From Octopus sinensis (taxonomy: Eukaryota), in assembly GCF_006345805.1 (NCBI RefSeq), contig NC_042998.1, positions 153,760,001-153,824,000 of the forward strand: a stretch of DNA of 64,000 nt, in the 5' to 3' direction. The notes below the pieces were generated by a model. The model saw only the letters and a list, made by a program, of their open reading frames with translations. It made no database searches and was not told the origin of the DNA. This document shows, piece after piece, positions 37,783-52,059 of this stretch. Each line of letters begins with the position of its first letter. The stretch's first letter is position 1. Made by a program: the position numbers and the translations under genes.

Positions 37783-40100
37783 CCCTTTAGTATTTAGTGT
37801 GGCCAAATCCAGCACCTCTACGAAATCGCTAAAATATGAACAAATCACATTACTGAATTCTCATGGTTTTGAGATAATGTGAGATACAGCCTTTCCTACC
37901 TTTATTCAAGTATAAATACTGTGAAATTTTTGAGAGCACATGCTTTTTTTTACAACATTTGAAGTGAAGTGTGTATATTAGTATTTAGCAAGTAGCGATT
38001 TCAACTTCGAAGGTTTTACTCATGATGATATACAAAATGTAAAAGAAAACAACAGTAATTTGTCTTCGGACAAATCTGATATTGATGTTAATGAATTTTT
38101 GTTGGACAACAAAGATTTTGATAGTGAAAGTGATGAAAATGATGATATTCAAAACATTATGGCAACATGGTTGGAAATTATAACATTCTCCATGATTCTA
38201 GATTTCACAGAAAAGTCTAGTCCACAACATAATCTAGATTCCAATGCTCAACCATTGGACTATTAATTTTTATTGGCAAGTTTTTTAAAAAATTGTCATA
38301 GATGAAATGAATAAATATATTCAATGAATGATCTCTATTCATGGAAGACCACATCCACTATCCCAGCCAACCAATACTGCAGAACTGTGGGATTTTTTTT
38401 TTTCTTTTTTACCATAAACACTGTGTTTGGTATCAAGCAGTTGCCTTGATTGTGAACTACTGGAGTCCAGATGTAAGGTATAGTAATCTATACATCTCTA
38501 GTATTATGTCAAAAACAATGTATTTGAAAATATCTCAATATTCACATTTATCTAATTCTGCTAATGTCCCTGGCAAGACTGACCCAAACTACCATCCCCT
38601 GTATAAAGCATGTCCAATTATTAATTTACTTTCTGTTAAGTATAAAACTATGTATCTGTCTGGGAAAAATCTCAGTGTAGATGAAGCCATGATAGGTTAT
38701 AAGGGTGGGGTACATTTTTGACAATATACGCCAGCTAAACCCACTAAATGGGGCATCACGGTATGGAAAGTCCATGAATCAGACACAGGGTATTGTACAA
38801 ACTTTGAGGTCTATAAAGGAAAAAATTATAAAGGAGACAGACCAAATGGATGGGATATGATGTTGTATATTCTCTAACTGAACCATTTCACCATCAACAC
38901 CGACACCTGTATTTCGACCGTTTTTTTTTCTTTTCCAGTGGCTTTGGCAGAACATCCTGCCTATGATGAACAATCACAATGGGCTACCCCATGAGATAAA
39001 AACAACAAAGTAGAAAGAGGGGACATTCTTTAGATGCAAAAAGAAAATTTGTCACAATATACAAGGACAAAAGACAAATTTTATTTCTGTCTACCAATGA
39101 ACAACCTGGTGTTGGTGCTGAGGGGAAACATGCAGTAAATATTTCCTGCAATAAATATATGGGTGATGTTGATAAATCCAACTAGTATTGGGTATACTAT
39201 CCAGTTGAACGACCTGGAAAGAAAAGGAGGAGGTACGTTTTGTGGTTTTTAGTGAATTTAATTATTGTTAATTCATATATTGTTTATGTGAAAAGCTACA
39301 AGGTACCTCCACCACCAAAGAACTATTGCCATAGAAAATTTTGGGTTGACGTTGCATCTCAGTTACGTGAGGGTTTTTCTTCCAGAAAGCACAGAAGTGT
39401 AAGAAAAGCAAAATTAACTGAGGTGGATGTCAACAGAAAATATTAACTTTCATAAAGTGAAAAAAATAAATGGAAGCAAGAAAGTTTGTAGACTGTTCAT
39501 TGCAAAAAAGAAGAACTACAAAAGGATATCAGGTTGAAACTGCATATATGTGTTCATTTTGTAAAGCAAAGGGTGTAAAGGGTGCTTTGGATAATTCCAT
39601 GAGAGAAATGTGGCATAATTATATTTTCTAGTTTGATAGAAATACAATTACGTATTCCTTTAATTTTATTACAAATAATATGTGAAGGTGAGAAACACAT
39701 TAATTTTCAGTATGTTACACACCTGTAATTCACCTTTGTCTCATCTGTTAATGAGTTGTGTTATTAGCTGCATTCTATCATGTAAATCTACTCACTAAAT
39801 TGTATAAGAGTACATAGCCAATGGTATATTGACTAGTAAAAGAGTTTTATACTTTATTTTCAATGAAAATGTTTGAATGAAATATAGAGAAAAAATTGTA
39901 TACTGATTATACCTGCATTTAAATTAATTCAAATTAATGTACCTCATTTTGAAGAGTGGCAATATTGTTTGTGGTTGACATCTGGGATAATTTTAGTAAT
40001 AAATCAAACAGGTGAAATACATTAAGAGTTTCAACTTTAGTGTTTATCCATAAAGTTATTGCGTTTATACCTATTAATTAAATTTACCTGTCCATAAAAG
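37783..40100 (+). mobile_element. piggyBac transposon, decayed (right end not identified)
   Basis: TTAA|CCCTTT start; acidic N-terminus; LSVDEAMIGYKG, PAKPTKWG, YNKYMGDVD-like and Cys-rich C-terminal remnants. Confidence 0.85.
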
Positions 40101-40289
40101 TCAAATCTAATCAAAAAGATCAGCTAAAATTACATAACAGTAAACCACAGGCATATAAACATCCACTAACAAAATTTCAAGTCTTTATGTAAAAAATTAA
40201 GTTATAAGCACATATTGTGGACACCCCTCTTGAACCTGATTAATTCAAAATAATCCGTCCTATTATAGGTACAAGGTCTGAAATTTTAG

Positions 40290-40470
40290 GGGAGGGGACT
40301 AGTTGATTTCATCAACCCCCAGTATTCCGTTGGTACTTAATTTATTGACCCGGAAAGGATGAACGGTAAAGCTGATCTCAGTGGAATTTGAAATCAGAAT
40401 GTGGAGACAGACGAAATACAGCTAAGCAATTTGCCCGGCATACTAATGCTTCTGACAGCTTGCTACCTTA
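40290..40470 (-). mobile_element. SINE family D (forward copy at about 7320-7470)
   Basis: Shared GTTCTGAGTTCAAATTC...GGTCGACTTT...AAGTACCA motif. Confidence 0.65.
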
Positions 40471-41229
40471 AAGGTCTAATTCAAAATAATGTGAACAAAT
40501 AAGCATTACATTTGACAGATTAATTTGAATACTAAATAGTTAATGAGTTCAGTGAAGAATTCACTAAGGACTGGGTCTGAGTTACTTCATATTTATTATA
40601 AACCTCCTAGTTAAAAAAGAGAAGTTTAAAACTAGTTGTCCATGGAAACTTCTATATGTTGATGACTTAGTCCTTATAGAAGAGTCTATGGAAGACTTAA
40701 TCCTTTAGCATTTAAACCAACTATATCCAGCCCAGTTATTCTACCTGCTTAATGTTCGAACTGGCTATAAACCAGCTTTTTATATCTAAACTAAAAAAAT
40801 ACTCAAGCGACATCATCAAAATCTTTGCGATAATGTGCAATATAAGTTTTTTCACCCATATACCATGAATTTTTCAATGCATTTTTCAGTGTCTGAAGTG
40901 AACATTGTTTCTTAGTATGTACTAATATAGTGCTAAGTAACAATTCTGACTTTGAAAATTTACACAATATAGAAGAAAAAAAAGAAAACAACAGACTTGA
41001 ATTATCTATTTTGGCTTTTGCCTCAAATGTCCTTCCAAAACCTTTGCATAGGAAACAAATCAATTTGCCCAACAAGTTATTACTACTCATGGAAGATCTT
41101 ATCCATTATGGCAACCAACAGCTGCTGAAGAAATCTGAGCTTTTTACCATAAATGTAATGTTTGGTATAAAGCAATTTTCAAGACTCTAAGACTGCTGGA
41201 ACCCAGATATAAGATATAGGATCCTTTCA

Positions 41230-41900
41230 TATCAAATACTATGCCAAAAATCAAGTAGTTGAAAGTAAATCAGTATTTACACCTGAGTGATTTTTGCAAT
41301 GACCCCAGCTGAGAAGAAAAGCAAAATTAACCAAGTTGGATGTCAGCAGATGAAATATTGAAAAATAAACGGTAGGAAAAGTGAGAAGAATGTGCTCATT
41401 GCAAGAAAAGAATTTAAAAAAAAAACTGCAAAAGTGTATCAAGTTGAAACCTCATTTATATGTCCTTGTGTAAAATGCAATTGGACAATTTCATGACATG
41501 TCTAAAGCATTATAGTATTTTCTAGTTTGACAAAAATACAATTATTATATATCCCTTGCATATAAATATGAATAATGTGTGAAAATGTATATTAATTTTC
41601 AATATGTTATCTATATTCACCTGTGTCTCACTTGTTAATTTTTTTGTTGGACACATTGTTATGTAAATATAATTAATTAATTGTTTAAGAGTACATTGGC
41701 CAATAGTATATTAACTAGTGTAGAGTTTTAAATTTTATTTTTAATGAAAATGTTTGAATAACATATAGAAAAAGAATAAAATGTTATACTGGCTCTACCT
41801 ACATTTTGATTTAAATTAATGTACCTACTTCTGAAAAGTTGCAAAATTGTTGGAGGTCAACATCTGGGATAATTTTACTAACAAAACAAACAAGTAAGAC
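41230..41900 (+). mobile_element. Second, diverged copy of the piggyBac 3' region
   Basis: Colinear by eye with about 39310-40050. Confidence 0.7.
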
Positions 41901-42704
41901 ACAAAAAAGGTTCAATCTTAATGTTTATCTATAAGGTTATAGCTTTTATACCACCACCTCCTCCTCCTTACTATCATCATTTAATGTCCATTTTCCATGC
42001 TAGCAAGAGTTGGATAGTTTGACAGAAGCTGATAAGCTAGAAAACTGCAAGCTTCACTGTCTGGTTTGGCATGGTTTTTATGACTGGATGCCCTTCCTAA
42101 CACTTTACAGCATAGACAGTACTTTTTACAGGGCACCATCACCAGTAACATTTGTTTTGCCATGGTTTTTACATCCTGATGCCAACCACTTTACAGAGTG
42201 ATCTGGGTGCTTTTTATATGGCACCAACACTGGCGAGGTTTGCTTTGGCATGGTTTCTACAGCTGGATGTCCTTCCAAATGCCAACCACTTTACAATGTG
42301 GACTGGATACTTTTTATTGGCACCAGGAAATATAAAGGAAGAAAAGACTCTGCAGCCAACAAGGAAATTACTATGCTTAAACTTCTGATAAGGATTAGGT
42401 AGGAACTCCATATGGTGCATAGTGTCAGCCATGGGTGCACAAGAGGTGTATTGGAATCACAAGCAGGCTGACATTGAATAAAGACTTTGTATGTGGCAGA
42501 TGTACAAGAGTAGCTAGTAGTGAAAGTACTAGTAAAATAAATTAATGCTTAGAAAGTTCATTAGAAAGTAGCTGATAGTTTCCTTTATCTAGGCCAACTT
42601 ATCGGCTATGGAACAGCATACTGGTAAAGTGTGAAAATGTTCAGAGAGCTATTATCTCTGTTGGAAACAAGGGGATTCTCTCTCTGAGTGAAAGGTACAC
42701 TGTA

Positions 42705-43886
42705 TTAGGTTGTTTCACATGAAATGTCATATTTGAAAGGTAACAATAAAATGTTTCAGAAGTGTTAGAGAACTGATTTATTTCATCAAAGTATGATCCA
42801 TGTTCATTTATGATATTTACCCAATGTTTCTCTCTGTCATATATTCCATCATTAAAACAAAAATTCATCTTTTGCTGTGATAAACTGTCTGAATGTTTCA
42901 ATTACCTCTTCTCTATTTAAGAATGTTTTATTGCTTATGAAAAGCTCAAAATGCTTAAATAAGTGATGATCAATAGGAGAGATATCAGGGGATGTTGCAA
43001 AATCTCATAATTCAGGCTTTGCAACTTTTGGATCATAGCTTGAGGAGTGTGAGGACGTGCATTGTTATGAAGCAAAATTGGGCCATTTCTATTCACTAGT
43101 CTGAGTTGCTTCTTTTTCAAATTCTCATTCATACAATTAAGTTCCTGGCAATTTGAAGTTGCTGTTACCATTTTTCCTTGTTGCAAAAATGAATAATGAA
43201 TAACTCTCTTCGCAGACCACCAGACAGGGACCACAAACTTTTTAGGGTGCAATGGTGGGTTTGGGTAGTGTTTAGGTGACTCTCCTGCATCTAATCACTG
43301 TCCTGTTCTGCTGTTGTCAAAGAGTATCCATTTCTCATCACAAGTAATGATTTGATGCAAAAATGGGCTTTTTCCAGCCAAGAAAGTATTAAGGAGCACA
43401 CTTCGAGGCATCTGTTTTTTTTAATCTCATTTAGTTGATGTGGACTTTTCCAAATTTTTACAGGTGTCCAAAAACAGTGGTGCGAGATGTTTGGAGTTCT
43501 GATGAAAGTTTTTGAACCTTTGTTCTTGAATTTTGTTCAATGAAAGCATTTAATCCAAATAACTGATTTTGGCCTACCCCTTGGTTTATCTTCAAGGCTA
43601 TCATCTGAATGAGAGCTTTGGAGCCATCTCTGAACAGTTCTGATGTCAACAAAACCATTACCAGCTTCTACGGCAGATTGGTCCAGTTTGAACTCATACA
43701 AGAAAATCACTCAGCACAGTTTGGTTGTTATTATTTTCATACAGTGTGTGGGTACGAATTTTGTATACCAATATTGTTGGGAAAGAAAAAGAGTCAAGAT
43801 TAAATGCAAAGTATACCTAATTGAGTTTTTAAATGACCGAAATAACAAGTAATTAAAAATGTGACATTTCATGTGAAAGAATCTAA
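42705..43886 (-). mobile_element. Mariner transposon nested in an RTE fragment
   Basis: TIRs TTAG(G/A)TT(G/C)TTTCACATGAAATGTCA with TA on both sides; HPKKFVVPVWW and LLHNNARPH motifs; RTE sequence on both flanks (about 42400-42704 and 43889-44270). Confidence 0.9.
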
Positions 43887-44365
43887 TATATTGTTTATAT
43901 GGAAGGTGGGCATGTAAAGGGGATGTAAAGATTGAAGAGGAATAAAGCAACTATGCTCTACTGAGTGTGTAAAATCAATGAGCATGAGCAGTTTGGTACA
44001 GATAAACTGAGAGATAAATTGGATATAAAAGGAATAGGTTGTTGTATGCAAGAAAGATGACTGCATTAGCATGGACATGTAATATGTATGGATGATAACA
44101 GATGGGTAAAGAAATGCCAGAAGATCTAAGTAGAAGAAAACTGTGAAAGACTGGTGTATCTTAAGATGTTAAACATGACAAAGAAGATGACGAAGGAAGC
44201 ACAAAAAGTGGTGAAATGTGTTAGAAAGGACTCACCTAACCCATTGAAAAGCAGATGTAAAAATGAGGATGGAGATTTTATACATCATACACAATATTTA
44301 GTAAGAATATAAGAAAAATATTTACTATGATGAACAGTTATAAAACATTAAGTTTATTCACTTAC

Positions 44366-44470
44366 TTTTTCAACTTCAGCTCGAGACAAATTGATATCAG
44401 CATCTGCCTTTTTGTAGGCTTCAATAGCTTTTTCTGCTTCCCTATATGCTCTCTCATATTGTTTCTTTGT
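44366..44470 (-). CDS. FNBP1L: F-BAR gene exon: TKKQYERAYREAEKAIEAYKKADADINLSRAEVEK
   Basis: 105 nt, ttttcAG / GTAAGT. Carries the family motif ADINLSRAEVEK (ADINVTKADVEK in FNBP1). Confidence 0.95.
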
Positions 44471-44835
44471 CTGAAAAATGCACATAAATCAGCAATCAGT
44501 GGTAGTAAAAATGAAGAGAGTGATTATAGTAGTGGCAACAACAGTGATTGAAATACTTTATTTTTAAATTACATTATTTGATGTAATACTATTTAAAAAG
44601 AGAAATTCTATTAGAAACTTCTGGTAAAGACTTATGAGGATTCTTCAATGTCAATATTTACAGACACATTTGTCCAACAAAATAGACTGTGAAATAAATT
44701 CAAAGCTGACTACAACTAAATTACTATAGTTTCTTTCATGCTAACATACAAATGATTTAATGCAACAGTACATTTAAAAATACACTATATGTACTTTCTC
44801 TTTGGATAGTTGATACAAGATTCTTCAAGAGTTAC

Positions 44836-44898
44836 CTTATCCAATTGCTGAGTTGACAAAATAAGGCTTTGCTGTACTTTTGTTCCTTCTTGTAAACC
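44836..44898 (-). CDS. FNBP1L: F-BAR gene exon: GLQEGTKVQQSLILSTQQLDK
   Basis: 63 nt, ttccAG / GTAACT, phase 0-0. In frame with neighbours; equivalent to [21 protein letters not shown]. Confidence 0.85.
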
Positions 44899-47800
44899 CT
44901 GGAATTTGCCAAAAAGTGAGAATGCTTATTGTTGCAAAAGAAAGTGATAAAGTCAAGAGAGAAGTGGAAAGAGAGACATGGAGAATCAAATACAAAATGA
45001 ATGTTTGAATATTTTGTTCTTTTGAAAAATTACTTTGCGAAAAAATTATATTTCAAGTTTCTATGTATGAAGAAAATTTGGCTAACACTCAAATAACTGT
45101 CAGAATTATAGGTAATGACATTATGGAATGCTTTATTTTATATACTTACCATACCAAATGAAAGTAACCCTAACAACAACAGTTTTATATGGCCAAAAAC
45201 AAGGCTATAAACCCATGATTGCATTTTGGGGTCAAATGAGACAGGAAAAGGAAACTCATGAAAATTCAGTTGTTTAGTTTAGTGTCAAGTAAAAATTTAC
45301 AATATACAATTAAACTCCTTAAAACAAAGCAATTACAGATACTGTTTGTGGCAAGAACAGGTGTGAAATTTTAGAAGAGCAGAGTTATAGGAAAAGAAAC
45401 AAAATGAAAGTGCTGGTCAATAGGCAAATTAACATCAGTATGGGAAATGGTTAAAAAGTTTACTTCACAATCATGGAGTCCTTGGTTTCTATTCTGCTAT
45501 GTGGTATCTTAGGCAAGTGTCATTTTCTAAAGCTATGAGTCAACTCATATCTTGTGAGTGAAATTAGGTAGACTAAAACTGTGGAAAAGTCTATCAAATG
45601 CTTTGCATTTATAATTCAAAGATCTAGGTTTGTCAAACTGTCACACTGATTCTTCCTGAGAATTACATGAAGGATACAAGTCTCTGTGAAACATTTGGCC
45701 ACTTACAGGCTAATTCAATGAGTGTGGTAGTTTAGTTGACTGAACAACTGAATGCTCATGATCACTTATTCTAACCTAGATCCATCCAATGTTTAATCAA
45801 GTAAATGGTTAACTTCTAACAGCAGTCCAAAACACTAATTTTTATGTAGCTTTGGTCATTAGAGGTGGCGCTGCCAAATTCCTATTCAAAATATATAGTT
45901 TTCAAAGTGACAACTAGTCACTGATCTATAAATTTGAAAATTACTATTTGTAAATCTCAAAATGAGAGATATTCAGCAACAGTACTTTGGAGTAAAGATT
46001 ATTTACCAACATAACATGGCAGTCCTGGTTTAGGATGAATATTGCTGTAATTTAGCCCCAGAAGACATTGTCTCCAGCTGGTTATACGACACAATCTGTG
46101 TCCTTATATTTTTGAACAAGGGAATCTAGAGGCCAAATCGGGCCAGTTTAAACATGAAATATATAGAATATTTCGGCCTGATGTGGCTGGTTTAAATACT
46201 AAGGAATTAAGAGTAAGGACCTTAGTATGGATTAAGAAAGCATGAATTCATCAGTATTTCAGTCTAGTCAACTAATTTTCCACTACAATCATTACTGTAA
46301 TAACAATTAATTGTTGCTTGCCTTTCAGTTGGTCTTATAGAAGTGGACTTGAATTTTATTTCAAAATATTCACAGCGGAGTGACTTTTTGAACACCCTGT
46401 ATATGTCCAACCAGTTTCTAGCATGACATTCCAAGAATGGATCCATGCTAGGAATATCATTATGAGAGCAAATTTGAAATGAGATAATTCAAGCATGAAG
46501 TGGAGTGAATGATGTGATTATTGAATGCCAAAAGCACAAGTTCTATTGGGCTGGACATGACACAAGGTTCACAGACAACAGTTGGACTTGTACAGTTGCC
46601 TGGAAGACCTCCACAACAATGGGAAGACAGTTTAGTTAAGTGATTTAGGACAAAATGGAAAAGAATGATGCGATTGAGAAAGCATTGGAAGCAGCGATAT
46701 ATAACATCTAATAGTTTGGCTGATACAGTGATTATTCATCAGCACTGTTCGAACTGAATAGAAAAATGTACTTATCACTACTGTAATAGTAGTAATGAAA
46801 CTCTGACTTAAAGTGGTTTGCAGCATTCACAAAATATGCTTGCAGAGTAACACACTAACATCCTCAATGAAGTATAACCCTTTTTGATACCAAACCACTT
46901 GAAACTAGCCAAGAATTTCAATGGTGAATGATACTAACCTGGCTGAAAATGGCTGCATTAACCTACTCATATTTATATAAGAATTTTAACACAAATCTTA
47001 TTAGTACATTAGTGAAACATGGTTTCACTATGTAAACAACTGAGTTACACTGTTCGGCATTATTGTACGTGGTATCTAAGCACTGCTAATTTTTGGAGAT
47101 TTCTTCACATTTTTTCACATTTTTTCTGAAATGTTTTACTATGGATGAAAAACATATACCAGTGAGTTTGGATTCAAAGTATTTTCAAAACAAGACGTAG
47201 AAAGATCTAAGAAAATATACATATGGCAATCATAAAAACCACATGTGCAATAATGAATCAGTATTTCTTTTCCTGAAAGTGAAACGATTCTGACAAGTTC
47301 CAATAGAACAAGAACAATGAAACTGTACGTGAATGTTGTGTTGTGACCCCTCTTCGGTCATGAATGACCATGGGATTGCACCTAGAAAGTTACCCTCCAT
47401 GGCACAAGTCTGGGCAAGGTTGTTTATGGAAGATCAGCAGTTACCCATGCATACCAGCCTCCCCTCTCCACACCACTGATGTTATCCAAGAGAAAGGCAA
47501 AGGCCGATACAGCTTGACACCAGTGACATTGCAGCTCATTTATTAATGTTGCAAATGGCTGAGCACTCCACAGACACATGTACCCTTAACGTAGTTCTCA
47601 GGGAAATTCAGCATGACACAGAGTGTGACAAGGCTGGCCTTTTGAAATACAGGTACAACAGAAACAGGAAGAAAGAGTGAGAGAAAGTTGTGGTGAAAGA
47701 GTAGAGCAGGGTTTACCACCACCCCCTGCCAGAGCCTCATGGAGCTTTAGGTGTTTTTGCTCAATAAACCCTCAAAATGCCCATTCTGGGAATTGAAATC

Positions 47801-48655
47801 GTGATCCTACGACCATGAGTCCGCTGCCCTAACCACTGGGCCATTGTGCCTAAGTGAATATAGTAAGAGTTTAAAAACTGTTATTAAGAAGATATCTCAC
47901 CTAGCTACAATCTTTCCAAAGAATTGAGACAAATTTTTGTTTCTAAATTGATTACTGCAGAAATGAATCATTACGTAGAACATAAAGAGGGAAAAAAGAT
48001 ATTTTGAGATTCCCACTTGGAGGAAAATGAGAAATCTGAGCATTTTCAGAAATATTATGTGTGAGAGACATTTATATTTATTTACCTGTAGATGCATGAC
48101 AAAGTTTGAATAATTTGGATTGTGAATCATTATTATATGTGTTGCTGTGTAAGTGTACATATGAAGTTATTTCATCAAGTTGATGGCATGTATTTCATTT
48201 CCTAGTTTTCTTCAGAAACATATTCTAGTATTTTAATTCTATTTTACCTTTATGACACATTTCTTTCTGTTTTACCTTTATGATACATCAGTCTTATGTG
48301 CATTAAATTTATTTGAGAAATAATTCAGTAATTTGCACAATTCTCATTTACTAAAATTCTGTTGTATACTCACTGAAAGTAAGAAAACTCATTTTCTATA
48401 CTGATGTATAAACAAAATTTTCATAATTTAATATTTCGTTGAACTTATCTGTATTTACTTGTAATTAGGTTTGCTTTGAGACAAAAATTATGAAATGGAT
48501 TTGGATAAGAACCTTTTTGTTAAATTGTTCCAAAAATCACATTAATATGTGAATAAATAAAAAAAGATTAGAATTGTTTTATTAAATCAGTGTAATTCAT
48601 GATTATTTTAGAACTTAACTGAAACATAAGGGAGTGTATTTTGGTTAGCAATATA

Positions 48656-48871
48656 CGAGGGGTCGCTGAAAGTTCCTGGCTTTGGGTAAAAGAAAATACA
48701 GGAGGATCAGTTAACTATGATTTTATGCACCATATTCCCCTCTCAGTTTCACACACTTATTACAGAAATCCTTCAGTTTTTCGAAGCACTATAAAAGAAT
48801 TCAGAAGGTTGGGCCTCCAACCAGGCCTTTCACGATACCATTAAAGCCAGGAACTTTGCAGCACCCCTTCG
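48656..48871. mobile_element. Mariner-type MITE
   Basis: TIRs CGA(A)GGGGT(C)GCTG(C)AAAGTTCCTGGCTTT, TA on both sides. Confidence 0.88.
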
Positions 48872-49283
48872 TAGTAATGAAAGGAGTAAAACATTTCATT
48901 ATGATTTAGTAGGAAAGAGGGGCAGCGCCCATGTAGATACCAACTGGTGAAGGAAACCAGAAAAAAAAAAAATGACACATCATGTGATAGTGAAGCCTTA
49001 CAAATAAGAGGTTCTAAAAAGCATTGTAAAACTAATCTGATATAGTAGTCACATGAATGAAGATCATAATGCATGTTGGGATATACCATATTTATTCATG
49101 TATAATAAGCATTTTTTCCCACAGGCTTTTAAGCCTATTAAGAGTGTGCTTGTATATGACAATTAATTATTACCTATTTTCTCTCAGTCAAGTGCATTGC
49201 TATATAAGGAATGGCATGACAGGAAGTAAGTTAGTTATGTTGTTGTCTAAGCTAAGAAATATGTAACTAAGAGTTACAATATA

Positions 49284-49900
49284 CAGAGTGTTCAGGCTAA
49301 ATTTGACAATTTTTTTATGTCTTCTCTTTTCAGCAACAGATTGATGCATTGGTGAACAGTCAATGCTGTTGCAGAGCATAAAGATTAAAGTAGTAGTTAA
49401 GAAAAAGTTAGCTAACATGGAGGACTGGAAGCCATCTGAATATTGGAAAAGAGTTATCTCACAGGGTATCAAAATGCCAACATCATGACAACTGCTGAAT
49501 GCTCTGTGAACACCATAAAAGCTGTAAGAGGTGACATGGACAGCTGTAGTGAAGACTACAAAGTTGTGGCCAACAGGAAGGGAGACAGCATTATGGAATT
49601 CATCCAACTACAGGACAAGGTGATGGAAGATCTGAGCAAGGAATCCAGGCTTTGGTAAGAGAGGGGGGGGGTACTCAAGTCACCATTGTGAAGCTGGGCC
49701 TAAATAAAGGCCTTCGCTACTATGCATACAAGAAGTATAAGTAGCAAATTCTGACAGCCAAGGCCAAAAAGAACTACTTCACAAAAGCAAAGAAGCTCCA
49801 GATCAAGCTGAGGCACTCTAAACCAGGGATGATCAATTTACTCACAAATGAAAAGAACTTCTGTCAGGACCAGTTGCACAACACCCAGAATAGTTGGTTT
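49284..49900 (+). mobile_element. maT/DD37D-type Tc1-mariner 5' fragment
   Basis: TA|CAGAGTGTTCAGGCTAAATTTG terminus; GLRYYAYKK...AKKLQIKL and EKNFCQDQLHNTQN motifs. Confidence 0.65.
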
Positions 49901-50699
49901 GCATATAATCCATATGATGAAAACCATGCTACATGGTAGTGAAACATGCTCTCCAAGAAAAAGTACAGTAGAAATTACATTTAAATATTTTCAACAATTC
50001 ATAGTTAGCAAATGGAATGTGTTCAGGAGATACACCTATATAGTATTTAAGCAAACTTTCTAATTATATATATCTCTATTTGTATTTCAAGTATATTTTG
50101 TGTATTTCTGTAAAATACTATCCTCAAAAGTTTTCCCAGTCTCTGAAAGTTGGATCATTCTTAGATATTTGAAAATATACCATCAGTTTTGCCCAAATAA
50201 CTTTGATTTACATGTTGGTGTATCAAGTTGTACGCTGAAATTACAGACCTCAGCAGCAACTTAAATTTAGGTACCTTAGTCAATTTTCATTATATTTAGG
50301 GTGCTGATTTCAAAAATGGCATCAGTTTTAACCTATTAACCCTACTCAATTGATGGTTGGGTATTTTGATACAAAAATAACATGCATTAACAGATCACAC
50401 GCAATTAAACAAAGCCATATTACTAAATCAGTACAAAAAAAAAATATTGTGCACAGCATTAGAATTCTAATTTAAGTATAAAACCTATAAAATGAAGTGT
50501 TATTAAACACACAAGTAACCTCCTTTATAGCACCATTTAGAGAGAGAGAAAGAAATTTACAGCTGAATACGCCAAATGTAATTTGCTATAAAATGTATAT
50601 CCCATCTTCCCTTGTTTTTATATCCTTATTTCACTTAAATCATTAAGCTTTTTTAGAGAGCTACCTAAAAATTTCATGTTAATTAATTGATTATGGTGC

Positions 50700-50965
50700 T
50701 TGTATTACAGCCAAGCTTATTAAAATAGGAGAGCATTCAGAGTAGGAAGTTTCTGAAAAAACAAAGACCATACACAGGGCTTACTGTTGTCCACTGACTC
50801 TATGAACTGTAGAATTTTGAGAAGCTCTTTTATCTGGGAACTGTAAGAAAAACCCTGCCTTGTGATTTTGTTTTGTACTTGGTCCAAAAAATTTATTGCA
50901 CAAGTAGCCAAAGCAGGAACTATCTTTGTCAAATGTCTTTAATGTTTCTTTGCTAAAATTTAGAA
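50700..50965 (-). mobile_element. Chapaev3-like (CMC superfamily) transposase fragment
   Basis: KTFDKDSSCFGYLCNKF...SQIKELLK...W..F...NFL resembles the recalled KALDKEGDCFKYL...GPQIRKL...AW.SF...NFLG core. Confidence 0.5.
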
Positions 50966-51339
50966 ACAGATTTAGTAAAAAGTGGTTATTCTAATAACAT
51001 GCAATGCATTGATAACATTAACATCACTATTAATATTGAATCGATATAGGTCATTAATTAATTAGAACTAATAGGACAAAACAGATGCCATTTTGGGAAT
51101 CAACATTGTAATGAGATCCTAAATTTCAGTGCATGAATGGATACACCAGCATATAAAGGAGCAGATTCAGTGCCCCAAATATAAATATTAAATCTAACTT
51201 CTAAAGCACCAAAATTTGTGCTGGTTAGTAATCAATTCACAATGTATGCTAATCAATACATTATTCTCTTCAAATGTTAACTTTAAATAATGATAAACAT
51301 TGAATGAAAATTTCACAAGACAAAATCCCCAAGTTCTAT

Positions 51340-52000
51340 TCATATTTTCACACTACTTTATATAAAAACAAAATAAAAAGAAAAGGTTATTGTTTTTCTA
51401 ATCATTGAATAAACTGAGACAATGTAAACATTGTGGACATTTTTTGGTTTGCAGAGTACAAGGCAACAGTACCAGTCCTGGTGCTGTGACAAAATGCACC
51501 TGCTTGACTCAGTAAAATGATTGGCAAACAAGTGAGGATCAGGCAGGATTGAAAAAACCCATATTGTTGTCTTGCTGAGGATATAATCTCTCTTGTGATA
51601 GTGCCATGATAAAATGCAATCAGCAAAAAGCAAACACTGTAAAGTGGTTGGGGAGATATAGGAAAGGGATCCAGCAGTAGAAATCATTGCCAAATTCAAC
51701 ATACAAATGAGATATGGTCACCCCACTCCACCCCAAATCATCTACGAAGGCAATAACTCAAAAGAGCTAACTAAAACTGTTGTAACTCTACCATCCTATG
51801 CCAGCAGACATAAAACAATGATAAGGATATACAAAATATTTTCATGAAAATGGTACTATAAACCTTCACACTTGTTGCAATGTATTGCCCATGAGTTTTC
51901 TCCCTTGTAGCTGCAGGCACCTTGTATTGCCTTGAGAGGGGAGCAAATAAACACTTTGCAAAGTTTACTTCTGCTACTTTGAACTGGAAACAGCCTCCTT
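51340..52000 (-). mobile_element. piggyBac transposase fragment
   Basis: FYVCWHRMVEL and YHKRDYILSKTTIWVF motifs. Confidence 0.6.
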
Positions 52001-52059
52001 TCAATTCAGAATAATGCTAAACTTCCATTTTCCAACACCATTTTCAATGTTTATTCCCC

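Noticed and set aside
40803-41190. Overlapping ORFs of 95 and 86 aa
   Set aside because: No recognisable motifs or convincing splice sites; expected by chance.
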